The notes: generated by a model from the sequence alone, not told the origin. Counted from the stretch's first letter, positions 24,182 to 37,013 are shown. The stretch is 64,000 nucleotides of DNA from Pelomyxa schiedti (GCA_020536535.1 JAHLWZ010000792.1:62001-126000), one strand, 5' to 3'. Numbers and translations are program-made.

Positions 24182-25465
24182 ATGCGGTTGGGGTTCCTTG
24201 TGTACTCGCTCACCGGCAACACGCGGCACGTGGCCGAGATGGTGGCGGCGGGGCTGGCCTCCCGCGGCCTCGTGGTCCAGCCCGAGGTAGTCTTCGTCGA
24301 CTGCGTGGAGGTCCAGCGCACCTGCTGCAGCACCGGCGCGGCCGACGACGACGGCGGGGCCGGCGCCCGCCTGGCCGCGGCGGTCTCTGGGTGCGACGTA
24401 GTGGGGCTGGGGTGCCCCTCGTGGGCCTGGCGCGAGTCGCCGCAGTTCTCGCAGCTGCTGCGGCGCATGCCCCCGGGGTGCCTGCGGGGCAAGCACGCGT
24501 TCGTGTTCACGACCAAGGGGGCCACGCAGGTGGTGGCCCACGCCGTCCTGGCCCAGCTCGCGAGGCGGCACCTGGGGGCGAGGGTGGTGGCTCAGTTCTC
24601 GGTGCTGTCTGTATCGAACTTTGCTCCTGCTTGCCCTGCTCTACCTCTCACTCAGAGGTTTGTTTGGTTTTTGTTTGTTTGTTTGTTTGTTTTAAATATA
24701 CATTTCTTATTTGTGTTGGATATTTTGTCTTTATTGGGGTTATGTACGTGGTGGTTTGCGTGGTGTTATTTTTTTTTCGGGAAAATAACTTGAACTTAGG
24801 TGGAACAGGAGGCATCTGGAAGCACGTGTGGGTGAGGCTGTGGAGAAGTTGGTTCCGGTTCTAACGAACCCGGCATCCCTTCCGGAGATATTCCCTGATG
24901 ACACACTTGATGCTGAAATCGCAGAAAGGGTTGCCGTAATCACCAAGGTCATGCCATTTATGACTGATGTTCTTAATGATTCGGTGAGTATTACTCCTTG
25001 CGTTTCCACTCACTAATGAGGAAAAAAGTTTGTTCTTTCAGGAACCGCCAAGGGAATGGGACCATTGGCAGCTGATCAATCCCTATGCATCAAGTGCGGA
25101 AAATGTATCCGGGCCTGCCCGAATCATGCTATCCAACCTGGGCCAGATGGTTTTCCAGGTGAGCTTCTTCCCCTTCCCCCCTTTTCTATTGCAACACAAT
25201 TGGCTCACACAATACAGTTTACAGCGTGGAAAAGTGCGTTGGGTGCTCACTATGCTTCCAAGTGTGCCCAAAGAAGGCGTGGTACTCTCCAGCCATCAAG
25301 AACAACAGCCAGTGGGTCTTCTCGGAAGACAAGCTGAGGGGCGATGTGGAGGACCTCACGCTGGGCCGCGTTGTAATCGACTCCACGACCAACGCAGTGG
25401 TACCGGACCCAATGGCTGACAAGCTCAAAATGTTCTTTGACACCATGGGAAAGTGGAACGACTAG
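24182..25465 (+). CDS. Flavodoxin + 2x[4Fe-4S] ferredoxin fusion (EFR1-like)
   Basis: FMN P-loop YSLTGNTRHVA and GLGCPSW. CIKCGKCIRACP and CVGCSLCFQVCP motifs. Three GT-AG introns. Confidence 0.9.
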
Positions 25466-25643
25466 ATTCTGGAATACCGCCCCTTGCTTGTCATATCTAC
25501 AAGAAGAATGAACTCCCCAAAACGCCCACACCTTTTCACTTTGCCCACAAGTGTCGTGTGTGGAAAGTAACTATGTGTTGCCTTTGGCTTTCGGAACCGT
25601 TGAACCAAGTTAAGCATTTCTGGAAAAAAAAAGAAAAAAATCG

Positions 25644-27523
25644 ATGGACGGGGAAGAGGAGATCGTGTGGCCGGAAGTCCCTGCGACAATCAGTAAGCCA
25701 AAGACGACAACAACGACGACATCGTCATCGACAACAGCTGCCGCCTCAACATCTGCGGCCACTACGACAACAACAGAGGAGAGATCTGCAAACACACCGA
25801 CGCCGATCGTCACTGGGGGAGAACGCGCAAATGACGGCGTTTGCTCCGCCACTAGTACTACTTCTACGACGACTAGTACTACTGCGTCGGCGAGAAACAT
25901 GCACCTGCAGGTTGGTGGCTGTGAGCGCGAGCCTGAAGAGGACGAGGATATGCAGGAATCGCCCAGAATGAAGTTACCCGTTGTGACGCCACAGGATATG
26001 ATGGCGCTGTTGTCTTGCTATAGGTTAGTTGAGGAAAAGATAATGCGGGATAGTGCGTGGAATGGGGCAGGACAAAATGTTTTATTGTCAAATACTTATA
26101 GGTCTGGAGATATAGGAAAGTTGAGCGAGTTCTGTGTTGCTGGGCATTGCAATTCATCAATCGAGTTCAGTGATGTCGAAGGAAGGCAGTTCACTGTACG
26201 GCTATGTCAAGGTGTAATGGGGCAACCCAACGATTCACATTCCAGGTGCCACCACCTTTTGTGTTGTTATGTGTAATTGGCTTTTATGCTTTATTAGCGC
26301 GGAAGAGAGAGATGTGACTACACTGCAACAAATGCAGCTACTTGTTGCTGTGTTACGAGCGTTGAAACCTCTCAGTTTCCCGACTGTATATCCACTTTAC
26401 ATTTCTTCTGGAACTACGTGCATTTCCTACTTTGCTGGCATGCGGGCTATCATCTTCCCTGCTTGCTCTGTAATGAGTTCTCACCTGATTTTTGTGGCAT
26501 GACCAATCACCAAAGGGAACCCCACTTCCAGAAGGACCGACCTCTCTTGTTGCACTCCACAACCTGGGTGTTGTCATTGGTTTGCTAGCATAAACTTTGT
26601 GGGTTTCTGATTTTGAAGCATTCAGGAACTCTTCACTGCTCTACTCAATTGCTTAATGAATCTGGAATTCATTTGTCGGGATACTCCAACGGCATACCTG
26701 AGATGGAAAGGTTCATTTCAAGTCTGCGGGACTCTTTGTTTACTGCCCATCCGTTTATTAAGTGTCTAAGGTTTTTTTACTTATCCAATTACTTACCACC
26801 TCTCAAGCTTTTTATCTGATTACATCAATCACCTAAAGCCGGTATTGAGTAATACCGCCTTACCTAAAGGATTTATTCATGGGAATATTACCCCTGCTTC
26901 GGTTTTGTTTGCTGGAACCACTGTGTCTTGCCTTAAAAATTTTGAGGTTTCTATGAAAATTAGGAATGAAGGGAGGAACTCAAGCAACAATAGGATGTTT
27001 GTCACGCCGAATTTTTGCTCGACATAGCTATGGCAATAACTTCGTTTTGTTATGCAAGTTCCGAGATTATTGATAGAAATCTAGTTGCAGCATTTCTTTC
27101 CGGATACAAAGAATCTCGGCCATTGAGAGGTTCCTTCTCAATTCTCTGTTCTGGTCTCTTATATCATGCAAGGTGAAGAAGCCAATGCCCTTACACTTGC
27201 ACTTTACATAAGTTATGTAACATTGTCAAAAGCCACGCGACTCTTCAGGTTGTATTTATTCAACAGAGTAGGATTTCTCTAGCCAACACCACAACAAAAA
27301 TTTTAGGCAGTGGAACATAACTACACCGGAAAAAACAAAAGCAGACTTATACCTCAGGCATGTCTCTCGGCTGAAAGACATCACCCTCAAGCCGGACCAG
27401 TTTCTCTTTGTACCACTCCTTCTAAGTTACGTTTCCTCACAACAACCAGCTCTAAGACTCGTACGGCAGCAAGAAATCAATGCATGCAGCGGAAATAGAA
27501 GTATCATTTCCCAGAAGAACTAA
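25644..27523 (+). CDS. Aminoglycoside phosphotransferase / homoserine kinase type II-like protein with degenerate catalytic motifs
   Basis: LGVVIGLL..H, LPKGFIHGNITPASVLF, VSCLKNFE, FLLDIAMAITSFC, AAFLSGYKESRPL. Thr-rich N-terminus. 3' end approximate. Confidence 0.75.
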
Positions 27524-27604
27524 ACCGCAACACCCCGAAACACGTCCAACAAAATGCCTAAAATTTCTGTACTTCTTAGTCCACAACGCAGAAGAAAAAC
27601 TACG

Positions 27605-30571
27605 ATGCGAACGGCGGCGTGGCGGGTGGCCGTTGCTGTTGCGGCCCTGCTGTTTGTGGCCTGCTGCCTCGCGCTCCCGCCCAAGGGTGCCGGCGGTGCC
27701 CCCGGCTACACCCACGAGGCCCCAGGCCTGGCGGCTGGGGGCAAGCAGCAGCAGGCGGGAGGGGTGGAGCACCGGCAGCGGGCTCTTATGGAGCAGAGGA
27801 GGCAGCAGCGGCTGGGGGCCCGGCTTGGCGGGAAACCGCGTGAGGCCGGGGAGGGCCTGGTGACTGGGACGCCCAGGGGAAGGAGCGGGTTGATGGATAC
27901 GAGGGATGCGTCAAATTTGAGCGCCGTGTGCATTGGTATGTTTGAATTTCCCTTCTTGTTCTTTCTGTATTGTCGTTTACCTTTTTTTTTTTTTTTTTTT
28001 TTTTTTTTGTACCGTTTTGCTCTTATGAGCACTAATTAATTTTCATGGTGGCTAATTTAGACCCTACTACTGGAGATTACCCCCCTGTGGGCTCGTGTTC
28101 AACGATTTATGATGCCGTGCCTGCTATAATTGAAATTGGTGTATACTTTACTGGTACTTCTTCTATCGGGTTTGGTTTGATTTTAACCAGCTTCTTCCCA
28201 AGAAATTAGCAATATTGACAGTTTTAGTAACACTTTCCAAGCTCAAGGGTATTTTGTAGGTGTATTACACAGTTCTCAAACTTTTTCGTAAGGTACTGTT
28301 GGTTCAAATGGCACACATGCCAGGTGATTGGTGATGTTTTATATAGGTAAGTAATTACATTCTTATTGCATCGTGACCTTGTTTTCTGTTTGTATCCAGA
28401 CCAGACCAAACTATGGTCATGGAAAATACAGCTGAGGTTGTATCTGATCCCATTCCTGAAGTGGGTTGTCCTGATGACCCTGATGTTGGTTGCGCTTTAT
28501 GTGACATTCCTAGAGCGGGTAATTTACTTGCCACAAAGAAATTAAATTCCTAAAAGTTCTCAGGGTGGTCGTACTATAACTTCAAGTTTAATAATCAGGT
28601 TTATTTTCACCTTGCACTGGCACATTTTTACACCTCTGGGTTTCTAGTTTTTTATGAAATTCGGATACAATCACTATCCCCTTGATTCACAATCATTATT
28701 TGTATCTTTCGAGGACATCTATTATTCTGCTGACAGTGTTCAAATTAAATTTGATGTAAGCAGTGCAATATCAAATAGTATGTCTGCCCCAGGATACAAG
28801 GTATAGATTTTGGACCTGTATCTGGCAATGCCTACAACCTTTTCAAAACAAAAAAAAGGTCAGCTCCTCAACTTGGAATAATACGTATAACAATGAGATG
28901 CTAACTGATTATGGACTTGGGGAAAGTAACGCAGTTTACTCCCACTGCAACATTGGACTGAAATTAGAGCGTAACAGTGCCTTCTTTATCTTGAAGGTAA
29001 TAATATATAGTCACCAATAATAGTACTATATTGTAGTGGTTAAAATGCAGATAGACCCCAATGCAAACAGAAAATGTAGATCCTTCCCCCTGCCGCTATC
29101 ACACTAGGAGTTTCCATCATTGTAACTTTCCTTGATCCACTTGAAATACAAGGGAGATTGGGTGTTGCTGTCAGTGGATTACTCTCTATGGTTTTCTTGT
29201 CTACCGGCACAGGTAAAGAAAACGAATGTACCCTTGTTCTCACAAACACTCCAATAGCTTCAAAAATTCCCGACATTGGGCAGGTGTGAATTTCTATCCC
29301 ATTTTAGTGCCACACACCAATTCCATGACGAAACCAGGTCACGATAGCAGATTGGGTCTACAACTGGTACTTCTTCATGCTACTCCTGATTGTAATTGAA
29401 ACCATCACTGTTCACAGGCATGTGTGCAGCAATCCCAATTCAGATACACTAACCTAACAAAAAACCAAAACAAAACAAACAAACACACAGATGGCTGCGT
29501 CGGTTCGGTAATGTTCTGCTCTTCAAAGCACTGGAAGAAGCCGTTTCGACCAAGAAGCCCGAGGCCTCCAGCACCCCCGCGATCCCCGCGTCGCCCAGGA
29601 TCCCCACGAGCCCCCTGGCCACCTCCACCTCCACCTCCACCTCGACCCCAAACCCCAGCCCCTCCGCGTCGCCCGCGCCCGCGCCCTCGCCCTCCCTCCC
29701 CTTCAACCTGCTCCTGAACCCCGCCGCCGGCACCAACGCGGGGGCAGGCAGCCGGAGCAGCACCCCCACGCCCCCAATTACGACGCCCCTCACTGCCCCC
29801 GGCCCCGCCGACTCCCCGGCGCCCCACAGGCACCGCCATCACCACCACAAGCACCGCTCCTCTGACGCTGCTGATGACAAGGACAGCGACAGCAACGACG
29901 GCGGCGGCGGCGTAGGGAGCAAAACCAAGAACAAGAAGAAGGACAAGGACAAGGACAAGGACAACAAGCCAACACTGCCCGAATCCGACCCCTCAGGAGA
30001 TGACAACGACTCTGACAAGAACAGCACCCCACGCTCGTCGTCGTCAACAACAACGACAACAGTGGTGGATTCTCCTACTGCCTCTGCTCACAGAAGCACA
30101 AACACCAGCCCCCCCTCCACGACGGCCACCACATCGCCGCACAGCCCATTGTCTCAAGCACCATCAGTGAACCCACTGCGGTCGTCGTTTGGGTTCGGCC
30201 TTGGGCTCAAGAATTCCAGCCCGCTGCGCACATCGTCGTCGCCACTCACCGCGTCGTCTGTGACACCTACGCTGAGATCTGCTCGTTCTGCGATTTCGAC
30301 CCACATCAGCGAACTGGCAAAGAGCGGCGTCACAAAGTTTGCTGGGAAAGCCAAGGTAGTCTCTATTTCCTATCTTATGAACTGAGACAGAGAGGTGCCC
30401 AACGTCTCGTACTAAACCAACACAAAGGGTTTGGATGTTACGGATGCAAATGAAATGTTCCAAAAACGATTGATGAAAGCAAAGCTGTTTGACAAAGCCA
30501 CAGCACTTTTTATATCTGTTATTGCTGTGCTGGGCACTATCTTTATTTCACTTCTTGGGAAGTATGGCTGA
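27605..30571 (+). CDS. Pentameric ligand-gated ion channel (Cys-less Pro-loop receptor) with long M3-M4 loop
   Basis: Signal peptide. IEIGVYF..ISNIDSFSNTFQAQGYCWFKW. Pro-loop HYPLDSQSL. Pre-M1 KLERNSAFFILKILPP. M2 RLGVAVSGLLSMVFL. M3 IPDIGQVTIADWVYNWYFFMLLLIVIE. M4 AKLFDKATALFISVIAVLGTIFISLL. Confidence 0.85.
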
Positions 30572-30733
30572 AAAAGTTTGAGAAACCTTTTGGTGTTGTA
30601 TAAAAAGATGACAAATTTCTGTTCATATCTTAGCTGCTCTGTGGTGGGTAATAATCTGAAAGTGTGGATTAATATTAAATCCCCAAAGTGTATGTTGAAC
30701 CTCCATCACTGCCGGAGTCTGCTACGGGCAAAG

Positions 30734-32684
30734 TTAGAACAATTTAAAACGGCAAATTTTGTAACCTTTCAGTGGTCTTGTTAGGTCACTGTGGTCACCG
30801 TGTCGGTCATTAATGCTGTCTTCAACAACATCCAGTCGGAACTGGGAAAGAAATCAGTAGATTAAAGGAAGAAGAAATTGAAACCTGGTTAAGTTTCCGT
30901 TTCAACAGAGGCACATTTTTCTTATCTTGTGACAATGGTAAGTTTCATTTTCAAAGTGTGTGACAATACCAGTTAAAACGCAAGTTGTCTGAGTCTTTGC
31001 CAGCTGGATGATAGCGTGGTTCGGGAAAACCTGAAAAGGGTGAGGCGGGAAAAAATTTAAAACATGACAACCGTTGTGGCAAGTATGTCGACGATTGTGG
31101 TTGCAAAGACCATCAACCCAAAGCCACCAATAAACTGGAAAGAGAAGTTGGAATGAGCGGGATATTTAAGGTATGAAGGTACAGTGAGCAGTAAAACGGC
31201 AAAGTCAAATTCACACAAGGTACCAACTTGGAAGGCCTAATGTAACTTAGTCCTTTTAGTTAGTCAGACAAGAGGAGTTGTACCACAATATGAATGGCAT
31301 GCCTTTTTTTTTTTTGTTATTTGTTGCTTTTGTGGAATGGAGTAAGATATACCTTTCTTGAAGATATCGTTGACTTCTGTCAGAGTTGTATTGTATTTCA
31401 TTCGATTTGTACTTTGTTTGGGGGAGAAGAGCTGCTGACATAGTATACCTTCCTTTACGTTAGTTTTCCCCTTATCGGCCCACAGTGAGATGATGAAAGA
31501 TACTTTATGTTATTCAAATTGAATGAGTATTTGTTGGAGTATGTGATTGTGAGGTAGATAACGATTCCGGAATCTCTCATACTATCACCACTGCCGAGGA
31601 CAGGGGCTAAAATCAGGAATACTATTTTAGAAGCAAGAAAAGTAGAATCAAAATAGAGTACAATGGTCATCAAGACTGTTATAACCACAAGCCTTCAAGA
31701 CAGTCTGGACCTCCAGTGTATCCCACAGCCCAGTTTGCCCAATACAATTTGGGTAAGCAGTAAGGTTCATCTCGTCTCCATTGGAATCGAGCATTTCGCC
31801 AAACAACTTGTGAGTGTGTTATGAAGTTAATGAGCAAATTTTTTGCTGTACAAATCGCCCATTTGAAGCAATCCCCACATGAGAGGCAAAGAAACTGTGA
31901 TCGATTCTGATCTACTAGTGTGTCACATAGTGGGCTAGAATCTCAGAAGGAAACCTGAAAGTGTTCGAGATCAGCAATATATTGCGATGTCTGGTTGGAA
32001 ATGGTTTCAAATTGGCACCCATTTTCAGTGCGGTCACAGGAGGGAAGAGCCTATGAAGCATTTAAAAGTAAGATTGCCTAGAGTGCACACACTTGATACT
32101 CAGCATCAGTTCTTGAAGTAACAGTAATGGAATCATCTTCAGTTGTTGGGAACCTATAGTCCAATTAAAGACTCTGTTTAGTTGCACATTCTTACCTGAC
32201 TTCATTTTCATCCCAGTAGATACAAGGATATTTGGTGAAGTTTTCTAGTGGTAAGGTACTTTGAGAGCAATATGCTAAATCTTCTGCATCCATGTATGAT
32301 TCAGGCTTAAAAGGGAACAAAGTAAATTGAAAGGTACAAAAATAAGAAAGCAAATACTGACTGGGTCTAACTGGAATCGAACAGTACCGTCCGGATCCTC
32401 GACGTATAAATAGTTTTTGTTCCACAATATCGTCACCAAACCTATGTAAAGCTGCCAGACAAAGCGCTATCAGCAACAGCGCAAGGACAAAAACCAAAAA
32501 CAAAGAAAAACAGAAAAAAAAAAAATCATGAAAAACGTACCACAATGACAGTGCACACAAACCAGTGGATTGAAGCCAACCGCCAATCCTTAATTTTGAC
32601 CACTTGGACAGTGCTGTAGCACGAAAGTGCATTCTTGACGCCATCAAAGGCGGTGTGGAACAAACCCGAGGCTGTGGACCCCAT
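30734..32684 (-). CDS. P2X receptor, Dictyostelium-type
   Basis: YSTVQVVKIKDWRLASIHWF..LYIGLVTILWNKNYLYVEDPDGTVRF, LAYCSQ..CIYWDE, RHAIHIV, FQVGTLCEFDFAVLLLT, TM2 FIGGFGLMVFATTIVDILAT. 3' end approximate. Confidence 0.87.
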
Positions 32685-32802
32685 GTTGTGGGGGAGCTGT
32701 GTGTTGTTGAACGAGTAAAAAGAATAATGTGATGTTTAATTGGGGTTCCGCGAAGCACGTGAATTCAGATTGAAGATATCGAAGATACGCGTGTGCATCT
32801 GC

Positions 32803-35800
32803 TCATTCCTCATCGGGAAGGAGCTGCTTCTGGATGGTGCTGAGGGTTGCGCATAGCTCGTCGACGTTGCCCGTGTCGCAATCAAAGTCCAAGAACGCGG
32901 TGACTGCTGCTTCGACCCGGGAGCGCAGTAAATCCAGCTTCCCACAAGTGTCCTGTTTTTGCACTGCTGTTTTGTTCTCAAGACATTGGGCCACTTGGGC
33001 TGCTCTGTGTATGATATCCTTTTGTTTTTGGTGGGAATGAATTCATGTTAATGTTTTGGATACCTCCGAGATACCGGCAAGCTTTACGCAGTTATAGGCA
33101 AAACTAGACGGTCGCGATTTGCCGGTGCGCGAGACAATTTTGTATAGGAAAACGACATCTAGGTCAGCACCAACAGAGTTTGTGACAAAGTCCATAGAGT
33201 AATATCCAACAATCCGGGACACTGGTAATTGTGCAAAAATCTTTTTGACGTTGTTTCAAGAGTTCAATGGATGGAAAAGGGGTACCTCCGTGAAATGGGT
33301 GCTTATCAAAGTCTTAGGACATTCGGACCCAAGTGAAACAAGGTGGTTCACAACACCTAGATTTAACTCAGAATGGGGAAACAGATCAAGCATGATCACC
33401 TGCGAGAAGAGAGGCACCAGCGATTGGATCGGTACCTTCAAGCCACAAATGTAAGAAGTATTTATCTTAGTCCCGCAAACCTTTCCCGTATTCATCAACT
33501 AAAGTGGTTTGTTAGGTACATAAGTTGCACCAGGAAGAGAAAAACCGTACTGAGAAGGAGAGAGCGATCAGTACAATCTCGAAGCATCTTGAGTAAAGTT
33601 GGTAATTTCACTTTCCAAAAACGCGCGTACATAAACAACTTGAGCGCAATCCATAGCAAAAGTACTCAGAGTCGAAGAGACAGTCTCTCTTGTTCTTATC
33701 CGGGTGTAAATTCCGTCACATAACCCAAGCGTTGCTGCTTCACATGGCACAAAAGAACCTGGTACAACAAGAGTAAATTAAAAAAAAAAAAAAAACCCAA
33801 ATTATGACGGATTACCGATTTGCGCCATAAAGATAATAAGTCCGACTTGCTTCGAAAAGATTCTATGAGGGGAAAGAAAAATTATGAAAGAAAGGAAAAC
33901 CTTTAGGTACACCGACTTTCCACTACCTGGATTAGAAAATAAATATAGCATCAGCTGTGTTGAGAAATGAAGTCAACATACAATTCGGGCCTAGAGTAAA
34001 CATTTCTTAGTGCAATATTTAATAATTGAGGGTATGTTATGTACCAGTGATTATTTGCAGCATGGATGAAGATGATGAAATATTTGTATCATTTGGTATG
34101 AACGAGCCCTCAACGCACAAAGATTGGATCAAATTTATTCCATTTGAGATGTGAACTTCGTTCTCAGACGACAATTTAGGTCGAGAAAGTCCATACTGGC
34201 TGAGTCAAGAAAGGCGTAATACTCTTAGGAATTCACCTCAACAGCCACGACAGATAAGGTCAAAATGCAATCGAGCTCAGCAAGCACTTTTGTTGTAGAC
34301 GACAGCATGGCAGACTGCTCCAACAATTTGTCTGTCACCTGTTGAAGGATATCTGATTTTCAAGTGAGGATAAGCCTCTAACAGTGGAGGTGAAACCCAT
34401 CTCGAGATCGTTCATAATAGTCACAATATCACCTAATATGGTGAGATTGAGCAGCGTTTAGGAGGTGGAGCACCTAAATCTTCATCAACTTTCCTACAGG
34501 AATTGCACTGGAGTTGTACATGGAGCTTAAAAAAAAAGAAACCAACAGAGAGAAGGAACCTTGAAGTAAACATATTGCAGTGTGTGAAAATAGTATTCTA
34601 GATCCGGGTACTGCAATTGCTGTTCAAGTGGGACTCCTTCACATACTGGGATAGCAATCAAAAATCCGATCTTGTTTTTCGTTTTTTAAAACAAAACCCT
34701 ATCTCACAGTCTGAGCTGACCTGTGGGTAATATACAGCCTCTACTAAGTGTTAGAGATAAAAAAGTGATAGTGAGATAGTTACGAAGGGAGTTTGGTGCC
34801 AAGTTCATGTGTTGCGCTTGTTCTGAGGCAAGAGATAATAGAACTTTGTCCAAATTAAGGTAGACTTCTCTCATTTGGTCAAGATGCTCAGAAACACCAC
34901 GTTTAACTGAGCATGGTGGTCACTGAAACATAACAGTGGACGAGACATTTTAACTACTTGATATAGAGCCCTGTGCATGTGATCGATCAGGATCTATGCA
35001 TCGCTGAATCAAACTTGCCGAGTCTATGAGTACTTTCTCATTAAGAGAAACCACCTAGTTGTTTCTTGAGCTTATATTCTGGTACTATGTATTATGTAAT
35101 GAACCTTTGGGAAAAGTGGCTCTGGAAGGACAGAGTAAATACAACGTAATTTTTACATATCAGAGTACATACCAATAGCACTCGGGAAGACAGTAATCAT
35201 CAATTGTTTGATTTTGATTGTGTTAATAAATGTAACTAACAGCTTTTGCCAATCCAGAAGGGTCGTTGTCGTTGTCTGAGTTTGGTTGGGAGTGGACAAA
35301 AGAAAGTAACTCATTACACTCAATCTAAACATGATGGCTGGAATATCATGAATTTGGCTTAAGAGCTTCTCCAAGTTTGTGCGTAATTCTGCTGCCTCAA
35401 CCTTATGCTATTTAGAATTTGTCACAGAAGAAAAACCGCAACTGAGGCTAGAAGAGCCACACGATCATATCTAAACTCGATTTCCGCAAGGTCCAGTAAA
35501 GGGTGCAAGAACCACTGTCTGTGACAAGAGGTGAAATAATAAAACCTCGGAAATTTTTACTTGAGCAATCTGCTCCCTGAACGTGTGCGTGTTTTATTCA
35601 TAACTCCAAACAAACTCAAGCCTTCTCTGTCTTTGCCAGATCCAGTCAGCACTGGGTGCCTATGGCGATCAGGAAGAAAAAAACAACTTCTTGTGGAAAA
35701 CCGCTCCAAGGAAAAAATGCCTAATGCCTAAATTTGATTAGTTAGTTTTAAGAAGTGGCGTTCTCCACCTCTAAAGTAGTCGTATCAATCCTCATAATCT

Positions 35801-36748
35801 GGTCACTGTAATTGTATTTTAATTGAATAACGATTTGCATCATACAGACATATGTATCTGAACGACTTGCGTAAGATAATCCAGGGTGCCCCTTCCATTT
35901 GGAAGCTTATTTTTCAACAAGAAGTTTAGAAGTCCCCCACACGCCCGCATCTGATTAGTACATTTAATATGCCAGTGCGAGTGCACAGAGTGTTACCATT
36001 TCGGTATTGTCAAAGTTGATAACACTTGAAAGATAAAGCAGTTTGTCTCTATCTGAGAGGCATTCAGAAGCATGTAATGTCGAGCTCGTATTGCCACGAG
36101 AATCAAATCCAGAGGTGGGGTAGACAAGGTTTTGAAGGAGTAAAAGAATCCTTTTGGCGTGGTCCGCGGAGAAATCTTGAACTGAGGCTGTGACTATCTT
36201 AAACTGATCACATCCTTCCTCTTTTGTTTTTTCAAAAAATTAATGTTCTAAACTTTCAGGACCATGCAAGAACCATTGTGTTTTAACAAATCCACAAATG
36301 CTCCAGTGCACCTGTTCGGAGTGATAATTACAGCAGGGTTGAGCTTGAGTTTCACTAAGCACGCTTAGAAGGTGTTACAGCCAAGGTGCATATGTACATT
36401 GGTTCGCAGATGGATAGCCGTCGGGGCAGTCCCAAATCTCAGCCAATGAAACTGTGTCTGCCTCAAAAAATGCTACTCCAACTCTAAGGGAATTCTGTTT
36501 TTAGTCTTTTGCATTCAGAGATGACAGGCCTACTTGGTGTCTTGAACTAGAATGGAAAGAATACTCTCATGTCCATCAGGGAGGTCCGATGTTCGTGTAA
36601 TTGGTGTAGTTGGAGGAGGAGGGCCCACAGAATTAGTAGACGAAACTCGCACAGCAGAAGTGTCAAACGCCAAACTTGAGGCAAGTAACTGTTGTGCACA
36701 AGGAATCGTATTGCACAGTGTGTCCTTCCACCCAGGTGATCCAATCAT
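32803..36748 (-). CDS. MSH5: Meiotic MutS homologue 5
   Basis: DFSADHAKRIL, LYLSSVINF, MRACGGLLNFL, REGLSLFGVMNKTRT, Walker A IITGPNCSGKSVYLK, STFAMDCAQ, DEYGKGT, PKTLISTHF. Lacks the mismatch-recognition domain. Confidence 0.9.
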
Positions 36749-37013
36749 TGAGTGCTATTCACACCAACACTAACAGAAACAAGTCCCAGATGAAGGTTTT
36801 TTTTTGTAAAAAGTGGCAGTTGTCACATGAAAATGAGACTCAATACAGCGCAGGGGAGTTAATGTGCCAAAGAGTTGATGTATCATCGTCATCAAATTGG
36901 AGAAAAAGGCGATGAAAAATTTTGTCAAGAAGAAAAAAATCCAACGAGATCCCCAAAGAACAAAGTCGATTAAAAAAACAGAACAAACAACAAAATAATC
37001 AAGGGACAGAGGG

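Noticed and set aside
23409-24864. Several long overlapping ORFs (poly-WC, poly-VL, poly-GV, Arg/Gly-rich)
   Set aside because: Artefacts of the hexamer repeat and GC-rich sequence lacking stops. The real frames are USB1 and the flavodoxin.
29418-29490. Second GC-AG intron in the channel gene
   Set aside because: A GT donor 6 nt downstream (29424) gives the same phase, so GC use cannot be claimed.
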